Positions 1 to 9,057 of a stretch of DNA of 64,000 nt are shown piece after piece. This stretch comes from an uncultured Candidatus Saccharibacteria bacterium (GTDB lineage Bacteria > Patescibacteriota > UBA1384 > DTJR01). Position 1 is the stretch's first letter; every line of letters starts with the position of its first letter. The notes beneath the pieces were generated by a model, which worked only from the letters and a program-made list of their open reading frames with translations, was not told the DNA's origin and made no database searches. The position numbers were made by a program, and so were the translations under genes. The stretch is from NCBI GenBank assembly GCA_964540855.1, contig CAZIOI010000001.1, positions 7,081-71,080 of the forward strand, read 5' to 3'.

Positions 1-1311
1 AAGCTCTTCTTGATGAGCATGACCGGAAGTGTGAATATCCATTTGCTTGTAGTCAACAACTTTGGCACCGGCGCGCAAAAGATTGTCATAAACTTCGACA
101 ACTTGGCGTTCATTGCCGGGAATTATCGAACTCGAGAGAATGACCGTATCGCCCGCCTTTATCTTAAAAAAGCGGTGATCGCCGCGGCTCATCCTGGTTA
201 AGGCCGAAGAATCTTCGCCCTGTGTTCCGGTTGATAATACGGCTACTTTCTCGTCAGGGTATTTTGCAGCCTGTTGAGGAGTAATAATCAATCCCTCCGG
301 AAGCTTTAGATAGCCCAATTTACTGGCAACTTCGATAGTGGCAATCATCGAGCGACCGGTAATCGTCAACTTACGATTACAAAATGCCGTAACGTCAATA
401 ATTTGCTGAATTCTGGAGATAAGAGTCGAAAATGAAGAAATAAATATTCTCCCTTTCGATTTGTAGAACAGCTCAGTGAGGTTTGTTTTAATTTCGCTTT
501 CGGAAATAGCGTAGCCACTGTTTCTGGCGCCGGTTGAGTCGATATATAGCGCTAGAACGCCTTTTTTGCCGATTTGCGAAATTTTGCCCATATCAATAAC
601 CGGTTCGTTGATCGGTGTCAGGTCAAACTTAAAATCAGCCGTGTGCACAACCACACCTTCCGGAGTATCGATAACAAGACCAACCGTATCTGGAATGTTA
701 TGATTAACTCTGAAAAAACTAACTGAAAATACACCAAGGCGAAGGTTATCTTTTTCCGGATCGACAACAACTGTTTTCACACGACCAACCAATCCAAATT
801 CTTCGAGCTTCTCTTTTAAGATACCAATTGTCAGATTCGTGCCGTAGATAGTAGGGGAACCAATTTTTTCTATTATATAGGGAATAGCGCCGATATGATC
901 CATGTGACCATGAGTTAAAACTATCCCTCGCACCCTTTGGCGATTTTCGACCAAATACGAAACATCGGGAATAACATAATCAACCCCGGGCATATCATCA
1001 CTGGGAAACGAAAATCCCGCATCAACAACTAAAATATCGTTGCCGTACTCGAGAATACTCATATTCATTCCGACCTGTTCGAGTCCACCCAGGTGGCAAA
1101 GTTTCAGGGTCTTAGATGCCTTAAAATCAATGGTCGTCTGCTGGTTGCTTCTTCCTTCCCTAGGGATTTTCGTCTTCATATTACGATTGTTTGAGCCTTG
1201 GCCGGATTTTCTGACATAATTATTCTTTGCCGGTGACGGCCTAAAATCGTCCAAAGAGGCGTGGTAGGCAGTTTGTTTAACTGCAAGATTTGAATTTCTA
1301 TTATCTTCTGA
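1..1311 (-). CDS. rnj: Ribonuclease J (metallo-beta-lactamase/beta-CASP RNase), 3'-truncated by window edge
   Basis: Reverse-strand translation from the ATG at 1311..1309 reads MSEDNRNS...GIVLTHGHMDHIGAIPYII..., with the HxHxDH metallo-beta-lactamase motif and overall RNase J-like sequence. The frame stays open to position 1. AGGA lies 8 nt upstream of the ATG. The ORF track omitted it because it runs off the window. Confidence 0.8.
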
Positions 1312-1362
1312 CATTGTTTAGTCCTTTTGAATACAAGGCGAACCTAGAGAGGTCGCACCTAT

Positions 1363-1941
1363 TTATTCTCCTTTTTTATTTATTTTTTTTAATGCAACAC
1401 GGATTTTTTTAAAATCGTTAAATAGAGTTTCGCGCATACCGCCGTTATACAGTCCGACCGCCGGATGATATAGCGCCATATAAGCCTGACCGTTTTTTTC
1501 AAATGCCCTACCGTGAACAGCCGATATTGGTCCGACAGAGGGTAAAAATCTACCCAAAGAATGCCTCCCAAGACAAACTATGAGTTTGGGTTTGATAATC
1601 TCGATCTGATTCTCAAGATATGGCCAGCAAGCAGCGACTTCTTCCGGTTTGGGATCGCGATTTCCGGGTGGTCTGTGTTTGACAACATTGGCAATGTACA
1701 CGTCTTCTCTTTTAAGGTCTATGGATTCGAGCATCTGATCCAATAGCTTGCCGGCGGCGCCGACAAAAGGCAAACCCTGAAGGTCTTCTTTTTCGCCCGG
1801 ACCCTCACCGACAAACATAATTTCAGCTTCCGCATTGCCGGCGCCGGCAACCGGATTTTTGGCCAACTTATAAAGAGGACAATTTTTGCACTCCTTAACT
1901 TGCTGACATAAAGCTAAAATTCTTTGCTGTTTGCTTTCCAA
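1363..1941 (-). CDS. Uracil-DNA glycosylase, family 4
   Basis: 192 aa with GEGPGxxED...GLPFVGAAGKLLD...NVVKHRPPGNRDP motifs typical of family-4 UDG (4Fe-4S type; the CKNCPL cysteines are present). Confidence 0.8.
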   Translation of the reverse strand: MESKQQRILALCQQVKECKNCPLYKLAKNPVAGAGNAEAEIMFVGEGPGEKEDLQGLPFVGAAGKLLDQMLESIDLKREDVYIANVVKHRPPGNRDPKPEEVAACWPYLENQIEIIKPKLIVCLGRHSLGRFLPSVGPISAVHGRAFEKNGQAYMALYHPAVGLYNGGMRETLFNDFKKIRVALKKINKKGE

Positions 1942-2020
1942 CTTAAAAACCTTAGAGAACTAAAAACTCTGCAAATATTATACTCTTATTTTGACCGTGT
2001 GTCAAGATCTCTCCTGTAAC

Positions 2021-4180
2021 CTATTCTTTGTTGGTCGTCTCGCCGTTTTGCTTGATCGAAAGAGCAATGCGTCCGCGCTCGCGGTCAACCGACAGAACCT
2101 TTACTTTAACGGTTTGTCCGACAGATAGCACATCGGAAACCTTATCAATTCTCTTGGACGCGACCTCGCTGATATGGACCATTCCGGCTTTTCCGGGCAG
2201 AATTTCGACAATGGCACCGATTTCTTTGCCTGAGTTTCGATCTGTTTGAATGTTGACCACCGCACCCTCATAAATCGCGCCAACCTCCGCTTCCGTGAAT
2301 TGCGCTTGGACTAAATCTTCGGCAATCTTGGCAGCGTCAGAATCAGCCGATGAGATCAAGACTGTGCCGTCATCTTCGATATCGACCGAAACCACGTCTT
2401 TTCCTCCGGCTTGGGTGATAATGTTTTGAACGTTTTTACCGCCCGGACCTATGAGCTCGCCGATTCTGGTCGGATCGATTTGCAGTTTAGTTACCCTGGG
2501 CGCGTAAGATGAGATCTCTTGGCGCGGTTTGGCAATCACCTTTTCAACCATATCCATAATTCTCAATCTACCGGCTTTGGCGCGCTCAACGGTTTCTTTG
2601 ATCATTTCAAGCGACAAACCGTCAATTTTGACATCAAGTTGAATGGCAGTTATACCCTCTCGGGTTCCGGCAATCTTAAAGTCCATATCGCCGCCAAAAT
2701 CTTCCAAGCCCTGAAGGTCGGTTAAAACGGCAAAATGATATTTGTCGTCTTCTTTGACAAATTCGACTTCGGGTTTGGCTGTTGCGTTTGACCTCGTGAC
2801 CAAACCCATGGCAATACCGGTGACAGGTGACTTGATGGGGACTCCGGCGTCTAAAAGGGCCAGAGTTGATCCGCAAGTTGCCGCCATCGAGCTCGATCCG
2901 TTAGAAGATAATATTTCGGAAACTAATCTGATCGTATATGGAAAGTCTTCCTTTGTCGGCAAAACCGGCAAGAGAGCTTTTTCAGCCAGCGCCCCATGAC
3001 CGATTTCACGGCGCGATGTGCTTCCCAATCGTTTTACTTCTCCTGTTGAATAAGGAGGGAAGTTATAAAAATGCATATAGCGCTTGGTCGTCTCCGCTTC
3101 CATCGTGTCAATAAATTGCTCCATTCCCGGGGAAGCCAGAGTTGCGATTGTCAACGCTTGAGTTTGCCCACGCGTGAACAAACCCGATCCATGAGTCCTT
3201 GGCAACAGTCCCACCTCGATAGAAATCGGCCTGATCTCGTCGATTTTTCTGCCATCCGGCCTAACGCCGTCATCCAAAATCATACTTCTGATCTCTTTAT
3301 TGAGGAACTTATTGAATGTTTCCTCAAGATCAGCCTGCTTGAATTTGCCCTCGAAGCTGGCTAAGACATCTTCTTTAAGCGCTTCTATTTCCTGCTCTTT
3401 CTCTTGTTGTTCGGTCTTTCGCATCGCAGATCGCAATCGCGCGCCGATGTGCTCTTTAACGACATTTTGTATCTCAACCGTATGATCTTCGGCTGATAAT
3501 CTATCATCTGCCCAAAAAGACGCTTGAGCATCGATCATCTCGCCGATAAACTTTTTGGAATATTCGATCGCTTCATAAACTTTTTCGTCCGGAACTTCCT
3601 TGGCACCGGCCTCAATCATCAAGACTCTGTCACTAGTACCGCAAACAACCAAGTCGAGGCTGCTTTCGGCCATTTGTGATTTGGTCGGGTTTATAACAAA
3701 TTCATTATTTACGAGCCCAACACGGACAGAGCCGACAGGCCCGGCGTAAGGAGCCGGCGACTGGCTAACTGCGGCCGAAGCGGCCAAGAGCGCCAACATA
3801 TCGGGATCGTTCTCCCTATCATAGCTCAAAACTGTGATAATAACCTGAACTTCGTGACGAAAATACTTTGGAAACAACGGTCTTAAAGGTCTATCGACAA
3901 GTCTCGAGGTCAAGACAGCTTCCTCGGAAGGTCTGCCTTCGCGCTTGACAAATCTGGAACCTGAAATTTTACCCGAAGCGTAAAATCTTTCTTCATAATC
4001 AATCGATAACGGCATATAATCTAACTCTGTTGGTTCTTTACCAACAACACATGTTGCCAAAACGGCCGTTTCGCCGCATTCGGCTACGACCGCACCATCG
4101 GCTTGAAGAGCTAACTTGCCCGAAGAGAGCTTGATTTTTTGACCACCAAGCTCGAACTCATGATTTATTGTTTTTATCAT
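2021..4180 (-). CDS. pnp: Polyribonucleotide nucleotidyltransferase (PNPase)
   Basis: 719 aa. It has two RNase PH-like domains and C-terminal KH and S1 domains (…GGKNVQNIITQAGG…, …GAVVNIQTDRNSGKEIGAIVEIL…). It lies directly downstream of rpsO, as in the canonical rpsO-pnp operon. Confidence 0.95.
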   Translation of the reverse strand: MIKTINHEFELGGQKIKLSSGKLALQADGAVVAECGETAVLATCVVGKEPTELDYMPLSIDYEERFYASGKISGSRFVKREGRPSEEAVLTSRLVDRPLRPLFPKYFRHEVQVIITVLSYDRENDPDMLALLAASAAVSQSPAPYAGPVGSVRVGLVNNEFVINPTKSQMAESSLDLVVCGTSDRVLMIEAGAKEVPDEKVYEAIEYSKKFIGEMIDAQASFWADDRLSAEDHTVEIQNVVKEHIGARLRSAMRKTEQQEKEQEIEALKEDVLASFEGKFKQADLEETFNKFLNKEIRSMILDDGVRPDGRKIDEIRPISIEVGLLPRTHGSGLFTRGQTQALTIATLASPGMEQFIDTMEAETTKRYMHFYNFPPYSTGEVKRLGSTSRREIGHGALAEKALLPVLPTKEDFPYTIRLVSEILSSNGSSSMAATCGSTLALLDAGVPIKSPVTGIAMGLVTRSNATAKPEVEFVKEDDKYHFAVLTDLQGLEDFGGDMDFKIAGTREGITAIQLDVKIDGLSLEMIKETVERAKAGRLRIMDMVEKVIAKPRQEISSYAPRVTKLQIDPTRIGELIGPGGKNVQNIITQAGGKDVVSVDIEDDGTVLISSADSDAAKIAEDLVQAQFTEAEVGAIYEGAVVNIQTDRNSGKEIGAIVEILPGKAGMVHISEVASKRIDKVSDVLSVGQTVKVKVLSVDRERGRIALSIKQNGETTNKE

Positions 4181-4204
4181 GTTATTTATAGAGATCTTCG
4201 GCCC

Positions 4205-4245
4205 TGAGTTTGGAGCAAAAGTTCCGCCGTAGGCGGACTAGCGCC
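4205..4245 (-). terminator. rpsO terminator / pnp leader hairpin
   Basis: A CCGCC-GTA-GGCGG stem-loop at 4224..4236 is nested in an outer GAGCA/TGCTC stem. On the minus strand it is followed by AACTTTTGC. It lies between the rpsO stop and the pnp start. Confidence 0.4.
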
Positions 4246-4286
4246 AATGCTCAAGACCTAAAATCTACTTCCTTTCTATTTACTTA

Positions 4287-4571
4287 TTACTTTTTAAGTT
4301 TCAACTTACCCGAGAGTTCTTCGTATTTTGGCAAGTCAGTTTTTTTGACGTAATTTAAGAGTCTTCTTCTTTTGCCAACCATGATCAAAAGCCCTCTGCG
4401 GGAATCATAGTCATGCTTGTGCTCCTGAAGATGCTTGGTCAACTGAGTGATTTTGTCGGTAAAATTTTTTACCTGAAAAGAAACCGAACCAGTGTCTTCC
4501 TTCGCGATTTTGGGGGTTTTACTCGGTTTAACTTCTTTAATTTCTTTTTCTTTTGTTACTTCTTTTGTCAT
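4287..4571 (-). CDS. rpsO: 30S ribosomal protein S15 with ~25-aa N-terminal Lys/Glu-rich extension
   Basis: C-terminal region LQEHKHDYDSRRGLLIMVGKRRRLLNYVKK matches the S15 signature. The gene sits upstream of pnp. Confidence 0.9.
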   Translation of the reverse strand: MTKEVTKEKEIKEVKPSKTPKIAKEDTGSVSFQVKNFTDKITQLTKHLQEHKHDYDSRRGLLIMVGKRRRLLNYVKKTDLPKYEELSGKLKLKK

Positions 4572-4627
4572 ACGTCCTCTTTAATTACTTAAGAGATGAT
4601 AACAGATTGCGCCAATTTATGCAATCT

Positions 4628-6193
4628 CTACCACTTAGTTTGCTTAATTGTTTTATCCCTCGGGTTTAGGCTCTCTTCGATCTCACTTGTGCCATTATCG
4701 CTATTTTTATAGCCCCCACCGTTTCGTGAATCGTCATTTTGCATCTTTACAAAACCAAGTTCTTCTTCGATTGATTGGGCCGGTGGTAAATCCCGTGCTT
4801 CCAGACCGACGTCAGAAATCGTCTTTTCGGCATTAGGTTTTGGATCCAGATCGATAGGACTACTGATTATTTTTTTATCCTCTGGTTGCTCGGGTTTATC
4901 GGTACGTTGATCAAATACGCTGGTACTTTCATCGTGTGGCGGCGGTACAACTACATCTTTTTTTGCAATTAAATCGTCTTTTGGTCTAGATTGCTGCGAA
5001 ACGACCCGATCTTCAGAAATCTGCTTTTTCTCATTGGCGGGTTTTTTGTAGCCGTTTGATTGGAATTGCCTTATTTTATCCAAAATATTGTTTTGATTCT
5101 CTTTGAGATCACCGTTTAATCTGAAAGCTGCCGCAACTTCATGTCCGCCACCGTTAAACATCTCTGCAACCTGGGCAACATTGAACCCCTTGGCAATTGA
5201 GCGGAGCGAACCGTGAGTATAGCCTTCTCTCTCCGAAAGCAACATCGCAAAATCAACATCCGTGGCCGATTTAAGAAGCTCATCTACCACTCCAGAAAGA
5301 GCGGTTTCATCGGCGCCAACCTTTTCGATATCTGTTTTAGTCACCGCCGACCACAGAAAACGCGAACCGCTGTCCTCTTGGACCGAAGATAAAATAAAAC
5401 CCCAAAGCTTGAGGGTCTCCAATGATTTAGTCTTGTAAAGATTCCTGACAATCCCCTGTTGGTTTGCACCACCGGCCACCAACTGCGCTGCGATTGTTAA
5501 TGATTTCGGCGTAGTGTTAACGTTTTGAAAGCTGGAAGTGTCATAAATCAAACCTGTTAACAGCGCTGTGGCGATTTTTTCGTCAATCAATGGTTTCTCC
5601 TTTGAAAGAGCCTCTATAAGAGAAACTAGAATTTCCGATGTCGATGTTGCCGTTAGCTCAACCCAGTTAACTTTCCCGAATCTTTCGTTTGAAGGATGGT
5701 GGTCGATGTTTACAACAGGAGTTTCATAAAAAATATCTGCCGGCTGAGCAAGTCTGCCCAGTCTCTCGAGATTTGGCGTATCAACGGCAATAATCAGATC
5801 ATAAGTCGGCGCAATTTTTTTGAAACTAATATCCGATTCTTTGAAAACTCCCGATTTTGGTGTAATCACTATTTCAACAGCATTCTCGTTTTCCAGTTTT
5901 TTATAGCCAAGATTTTCGACTTCCGTTAAAGAGGTGTCTAAAATAATAACAAAATCTTTGGAATAACCAATGTTAGTGACTAACTCGGAAATTGATGGTA
6001 AGAAAGTAAAAATTTTTGCAGGCTCATCGGGTACGGCTACGGTTACTTTTTTGCCCATTTTCTCCAAAGCCAGCTTTAGGGCTACGGCGCTACCGAGCGA
6101 GTCCCCATCCGGATTCTTGTGTGACACAACTAAAATATCTGCTGATTGGCGGATTAATTCTGATGCCTGTTGTTTTGGTGATAATTCAATCAT
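4628..6193 (-). CDS. nrnA: DHH/DHHA1-family phosphoesterase (NrnA-like oligoribonuclease/pAp phosphatase) with ~170-aa low-complexity C-terminal extension
   Basis: HKNPDGDSLGS and NIDHHPSN (DHH) motifs are present, together with the GGGH motif of DHHA1. The C-terminal 170 aa are rich in P/E/K/D. Confidence 0.75.
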   Translation of the reverse strand: MIELSPKQQASELIRQSADILVVSHKNPDGDSLGSAVALKLALEKMGKKVTVAVPDEPAKIFTFLPSISELVTNIGYSKDFVIILDTSLTEVENLGYKKLENENAVEIVITPKSGVFKESDISFKKIAPTYDLIIAVDTPNLERLGRLAQPADIFYETPVVNIDHHPSNERFGKVNWVELTATSTSEILVSLIEALSKEKPLIDEKIATALLTGLIYDTSSFQNVNTTPKSLTIAAQLVAGGANQQGIVRNLYKTKSLETLKLWGFILSSVQEDSGSRFLWSAVTKTDIEKVGADETALSGVVDELLKSATDVDFAMLLSEREGYTHGSLRSIAKGFNVAQVAEMFNGGGHEVAAAFRLNGDLKENQNNILDKIRQFQSNGYKKPANEKKQISEDRVVSQQSRPKDDLIAKKDVVVPPPHDESTSVFDQRTDKPEQPEDKKIISSPIDLDPKPNAEKTISDVGLEARDLPPAQSIEEELGFVKMQNDDSRNGGGYKNSDNGTSEIEESLNPRDKTIKQTKW

Positions 6194-6240
6194 ATTTTTT
6201 GACTATTGGGATAAATCAAAGTACCAGAAAACCTCGAGTA

Positions 6241-6269
6241 TTGTCAAGATAAGGGATTTATGGTAAAAA
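6241..6269 (+). promoter_or_regulatory. Candidate sigma70-type promoter for rpsT (TTGTCA-17-TGgTAAAAA)
   Basis: TTGTCA at 6241-6246, a 17-nt spacer, then TGG-TAAAAA (extended -10-like) about 40 nt upstream of the rpsT ATG. Confidence 0.3.
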
Positions 6270-6307
6270 CAACTCAAGGAAATTTTTTTTAAGTCAGGAG
6301 ACAAGAT

Positions 6308-6592
6308 ATGCCAATCACAAAGTCTGCAATCAAAGCTTTGAAGCAGTCGGAAAAGAAAAGAAAACACAATCTTTCTAAAAAAAGAACTCTTAAAGGAGTA
6401 CTGAAGAGTGCCGAAACAGTCGAGGATATGCCAAAGGCGCAAAGCGTAATTGATAAAACCGCCAAAACAGGTTTGATTCACAAAAACAAAGCAAACCGCC
6501 TCAAATCAAGACTCGCAAAGAGATTGACCAGTCAAGCTAAAGAATCTCCTAAAACCGAAACAAAAGCCAAAAGAACTAAAAAAACAAAATAA
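6308..6592 (+). CDS. rpsT: 30S ribosomal protein S20
   Basis: MPITKSAIKALKQSEKKRKHNLSKKRTLKG... is a typical S20 N-terminus. AGGAGA Shine-Dalgarno (SD) motif before the ATG. Confidence 0.9.
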   Translation: MPITKSAIKALKQSEKKRKHNLSKKRTLKGVLKSAETVEDMPKAQSVIDKTAKTGLIHKNKANRLKSRLAKRLTSQAKESPKTETKAKRTKKTK

Positions 6593-6636
6593 TAAATCCT
6601 CTTTAATACAGGGTCTGTTTTTGCGATAATGATTAC

Positions 6637-7272
6637 ATGGACAAAGAGGGGCTGATTTATTGGTCTAGTGTTGCTTATGAACTGGGAAAGTGGGCTTTCG
6701 CCATTTTGATTATCGGCACACTGCTCCATTATTTTATAGCGACGGTTTTTATTATTTCCGGTCCGTCAATGGAACCGTCTTTTCATAGCGGACAGGTCGT
6801 GATGATCTCAAGAATCGGATTGTTCACCGGTAAATACGAACGTGGCGACCCGATGGTAATCAAGTTTCCCGGCGACCCTGAGAAAAGAAAATATATCAAA
6901 AGATTAATCGGACTCCCGGGAGAAAAGCTGACTATCCAGAGCAATAAAGTTTACATAAACGACAAAAGACTCGACGAATCGTATATTACCGCTGTCGCAG
7001 AGCAGTTTTTGCCAAATTATGCTTATGATTATCAGCAGTGGGAGATAGAAGCCGATTTGTTACACTCGAGGGGTTTGCAGCTAATAAAACCCGACATGAC
7101 AACGTATTTAAAATCGGATGATTATTTTTTGATGGGAGATAACAGGGAAAACTCAAATGACTCTCGCAAGTGGTATCCGGCCTCTAAGTCGGATATGATC
7201 GGGCCGGTAAGATTTGTTCTTTGGCCGCTTAGTGACTGGGGACCGGTCGTCAATCCGTATTACGAGGAATAA
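6637..7272 (+). CDS. lepB: Signal peptidase I
   Basis: N-terminal transmembrane (TM) segment, GPSMEPS (catalytic Ser box), KRLIGLPGE (Lys box) and GDNRENSNDSR motifs. Confidence 0.9.
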   Translation: MDKEGLIYWSSVAYELGKWAFAILIIGTLLHYFIATVFIISGPSMEPSFHSGQVVMISRIGLFTGKYERGDPMVIKFPGDPEKRKYIKRLIGLPGEKLTIQSNKVYINDKRLDESYITAVAEQFLPNYAYDYQQWEIEADLLHSRGLQLIKPDMTTYLKSDDYFLMGDNRENSNDSRKWYPASKSDMIGPVRFVLWPLSDWGPVVNPYYEE

Positions 7273-8868
7273 TCACTTATAATTCTGGACTAGACACAAC
7301 ATCTGCGAGCCAGTTTCGGAATCGTTTATAATTCCCGTCGAAGAACCAACCTTACTAAGGTTTGGGGTTATCAAAGTCTCGTAGTGTCCTCTCTGGGCGG
7401 GGTCTGACAGCTCTCTCTCATTAATCCATTGTTGCACCAATGCCTCTATTGACGCACTAGTTGGACCTCCAACCACATTCTCGGTATTGACTGGATTAAC
7501 ATGTCCACAATTATTTGCCGCTGCCATCTTTTGTATTTGTCCCTCGGCATCTTTCTGTAAATCACTATCAAATTCAAGTTCCTTGAGACCCATACTTTTT
7601 CTTAGTTTATTAACAGCGGCAATAGCCTCTTGTCCGTACTGTTCTTGTTGGGTTGATGTTATATTACCGCCGCCGCTGCCACCGGGAACATCGGCGGCAC
7701 CGATCCCGATATTAGATTCCCCTACATTTTGACCGGATCCGCCCGAAGTACTGCCCGACGAACCGGACGAGCTACCACCTGAGGTTTCGTCTGTCTGACA
7801 AGGACCGAGTGAGATAATTCTATCTTTGTCGGCCATTTTATAGGCCTCGGCGTCTGTTTTATCTTCGGGATAAATAAACGTTTTCTTCTCTTTATAATCC
7901 TTGGATTTATCCTTAGAGTGAACGCAAACTTTATATTTGTCGGTGAGACTCGTGTTTGCCTCGGCGTAATTAACGGCAATAAAAGTACTTTCACATTCCG
8001 ATTTGGGACCGGAAAATGAAGGAACCACAAGAGCCTTGCCGGACCAACTCGATGAATACACAAGACCGGAAAGACTTTGTCCTAACGGGACATCATAAAA
8101 CACCGAACCGCTAATCAGGTTTGCTTCGATAATTTTTTCATCGGTTGTGCCAAACACGCTTTCAAGTTTGTTTTCTTTTTTTAGCTTCGCAATTATTGAT
8201 GTTTTAACTTCGGATGAAATATCAAAAACCTTTCCTCTCTTGGTCCAATCCAAACTGTTATAAAAAGCGCTTTGTACAGAACCAGAATCGGCTTTGATAT
8301 TGCTCACCAAAATTATTTGGCCCTTTTTTGTTCCTTTACATTTTGAATCCGAATCAGCCGAAATTATAGAGGTGGCAGAAAAACCCTGATTGCTCATATA
8401 ACTAAAATCGCCACCGGCCGTTTGTGTGTTGCCGGATGAGCTCGCCTGATCACCAGAGGCGGTTTTTTCTTCCGACGTAGTACTCGCCTTTGCCATTTTC
8501 TTGGCCTTTTCGAGTACGGTTTTACACTTTTTGACGGGAGCGGAAAGGACGTCTTCTGCCGTGGTATTTCCGGTTACGTTTTCGGCATTAAATTCAGTTT
8601 GCGCATTGCCGGTTGTAATGAGTTTTTCTAAAGTAATATACTCCGACGCAATTACAGAATTTGCACATTTTTCGTCATAACCCAGTTTTTTGCAGGCTGC
8701 GCTAATATCTTTCATACATGTCTGATATTCGCCTACATAATTTTTTTCGTCGGCGGAAACTTGACTATAAGCCGATATAATCAAAGCAAAACCGGCAGAT
8801 ATCGCCAGAATACAAGCAGGCAAAATCAGATGACCCAGTTTGTGAACATCTACCTTATTCTTGGTCAT
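7273..8868 (-). CDS. Secreted/membrane-anchored protein with Ser/Gly-rich linker and C-terminal CAP (SCP/PR-1) domain
   Basis: N-terminal hydrophobic anchor. A long S/G/T-rich low-complexity region. A C-terminal CAP-like region with a GHY...L motif (…AQRGHYETLI…) and paired cysteines. Confidence 0.55.
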   Translation of the reverse strand: MTKNKVDVHKLGHLILPACILAISAGFALIISAYSQVSADEKNYVGEYQTCMKDISAACKKLGYDEKCANSVIASEYITLEKLITTGNAQTEFNAENVTGNTTAEDVLSAPVKKCKTVLEKAKKMAKASTTSEEKTASGDQASSSGNTQTAGGDFSYMSNQGFSATSIISADSDSKCKGTKKGQIILVSNIKADSGSVQSAFYNSLDWTKRGKVFDISSEVKTSIIAKLKKENKLESVFGTTDEKIIEANLISGSVFYDVPLGQSLSGLVYSSSWSGKALVVPSFSGPKSECESTFIAVNYAEANTSLTDKYKVCVHSKDKSKDYKEKKTFIYPEDKTDAEAYKMADKDRIISLGPCQTDETSGGSSSGSSGSTSGGSGQNVGESNIGIGAADVPGGSGGGNITSTQQEQYGQEAIAAVNKLRKSMGLKELEFDSDLQKDAEGQIQKMAAANNCGHVNPVNTENVVGGPTSASIEALVQQWINERELSDPAQRGHYETLITPNLSKVGSSTGIINDSETGSQMLCLVQNYK

Positions 8869-9047
8869 TCAAATAAATCTTTGTTTAATGGTTCTGAATC
8901 ACCAGAACTTTCGCCCTCGTCAACCACCTGAGAGCTTCGGATACCGGTGCCGGATGTTTGACCTTCTTTTTTGGTTAACAAACTTACCAGCACTACAGCA
9001 ATTATAATAACTGCAGCCAAAACTACAAGAAAAAATTTTTTGTTCAT
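8865..9047 (-). CDS. Small signal-anchored protein (60 aa)
   Basis: MNKKFFLVVLAAVIIIAVVLVSLLTKK. One TM/signal segment plus an acidic tail. Overlaps the downstream gene by 4 nt (ATGA). Confidence 0.35.
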   Translation of the reverse strand: MNKKFFLVVLAAVIIIAVVLVSLLTKKEGQTSGTGIRSSQVVDEGESSGDSEPLNKDLFE

Positions 9048-9057
9048 ACAAATCTAA

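Noticed and set aside
10-201. 63-aa + strand ORF at the window start
   Set aside because: Lies entirely antisense within the well-supported RNase J coding region. No SD and atypical composition. Spurious.
2028-3485. Multiple 60-100-aa ORFs on both strands inside pnp (for example 2742..2999 + and 3071..3364 +)
   Set aside because: All are antisense or out-of-frame overlaps within the 719-aa PNPase gene, which has full-length homology. Chance ORFs.
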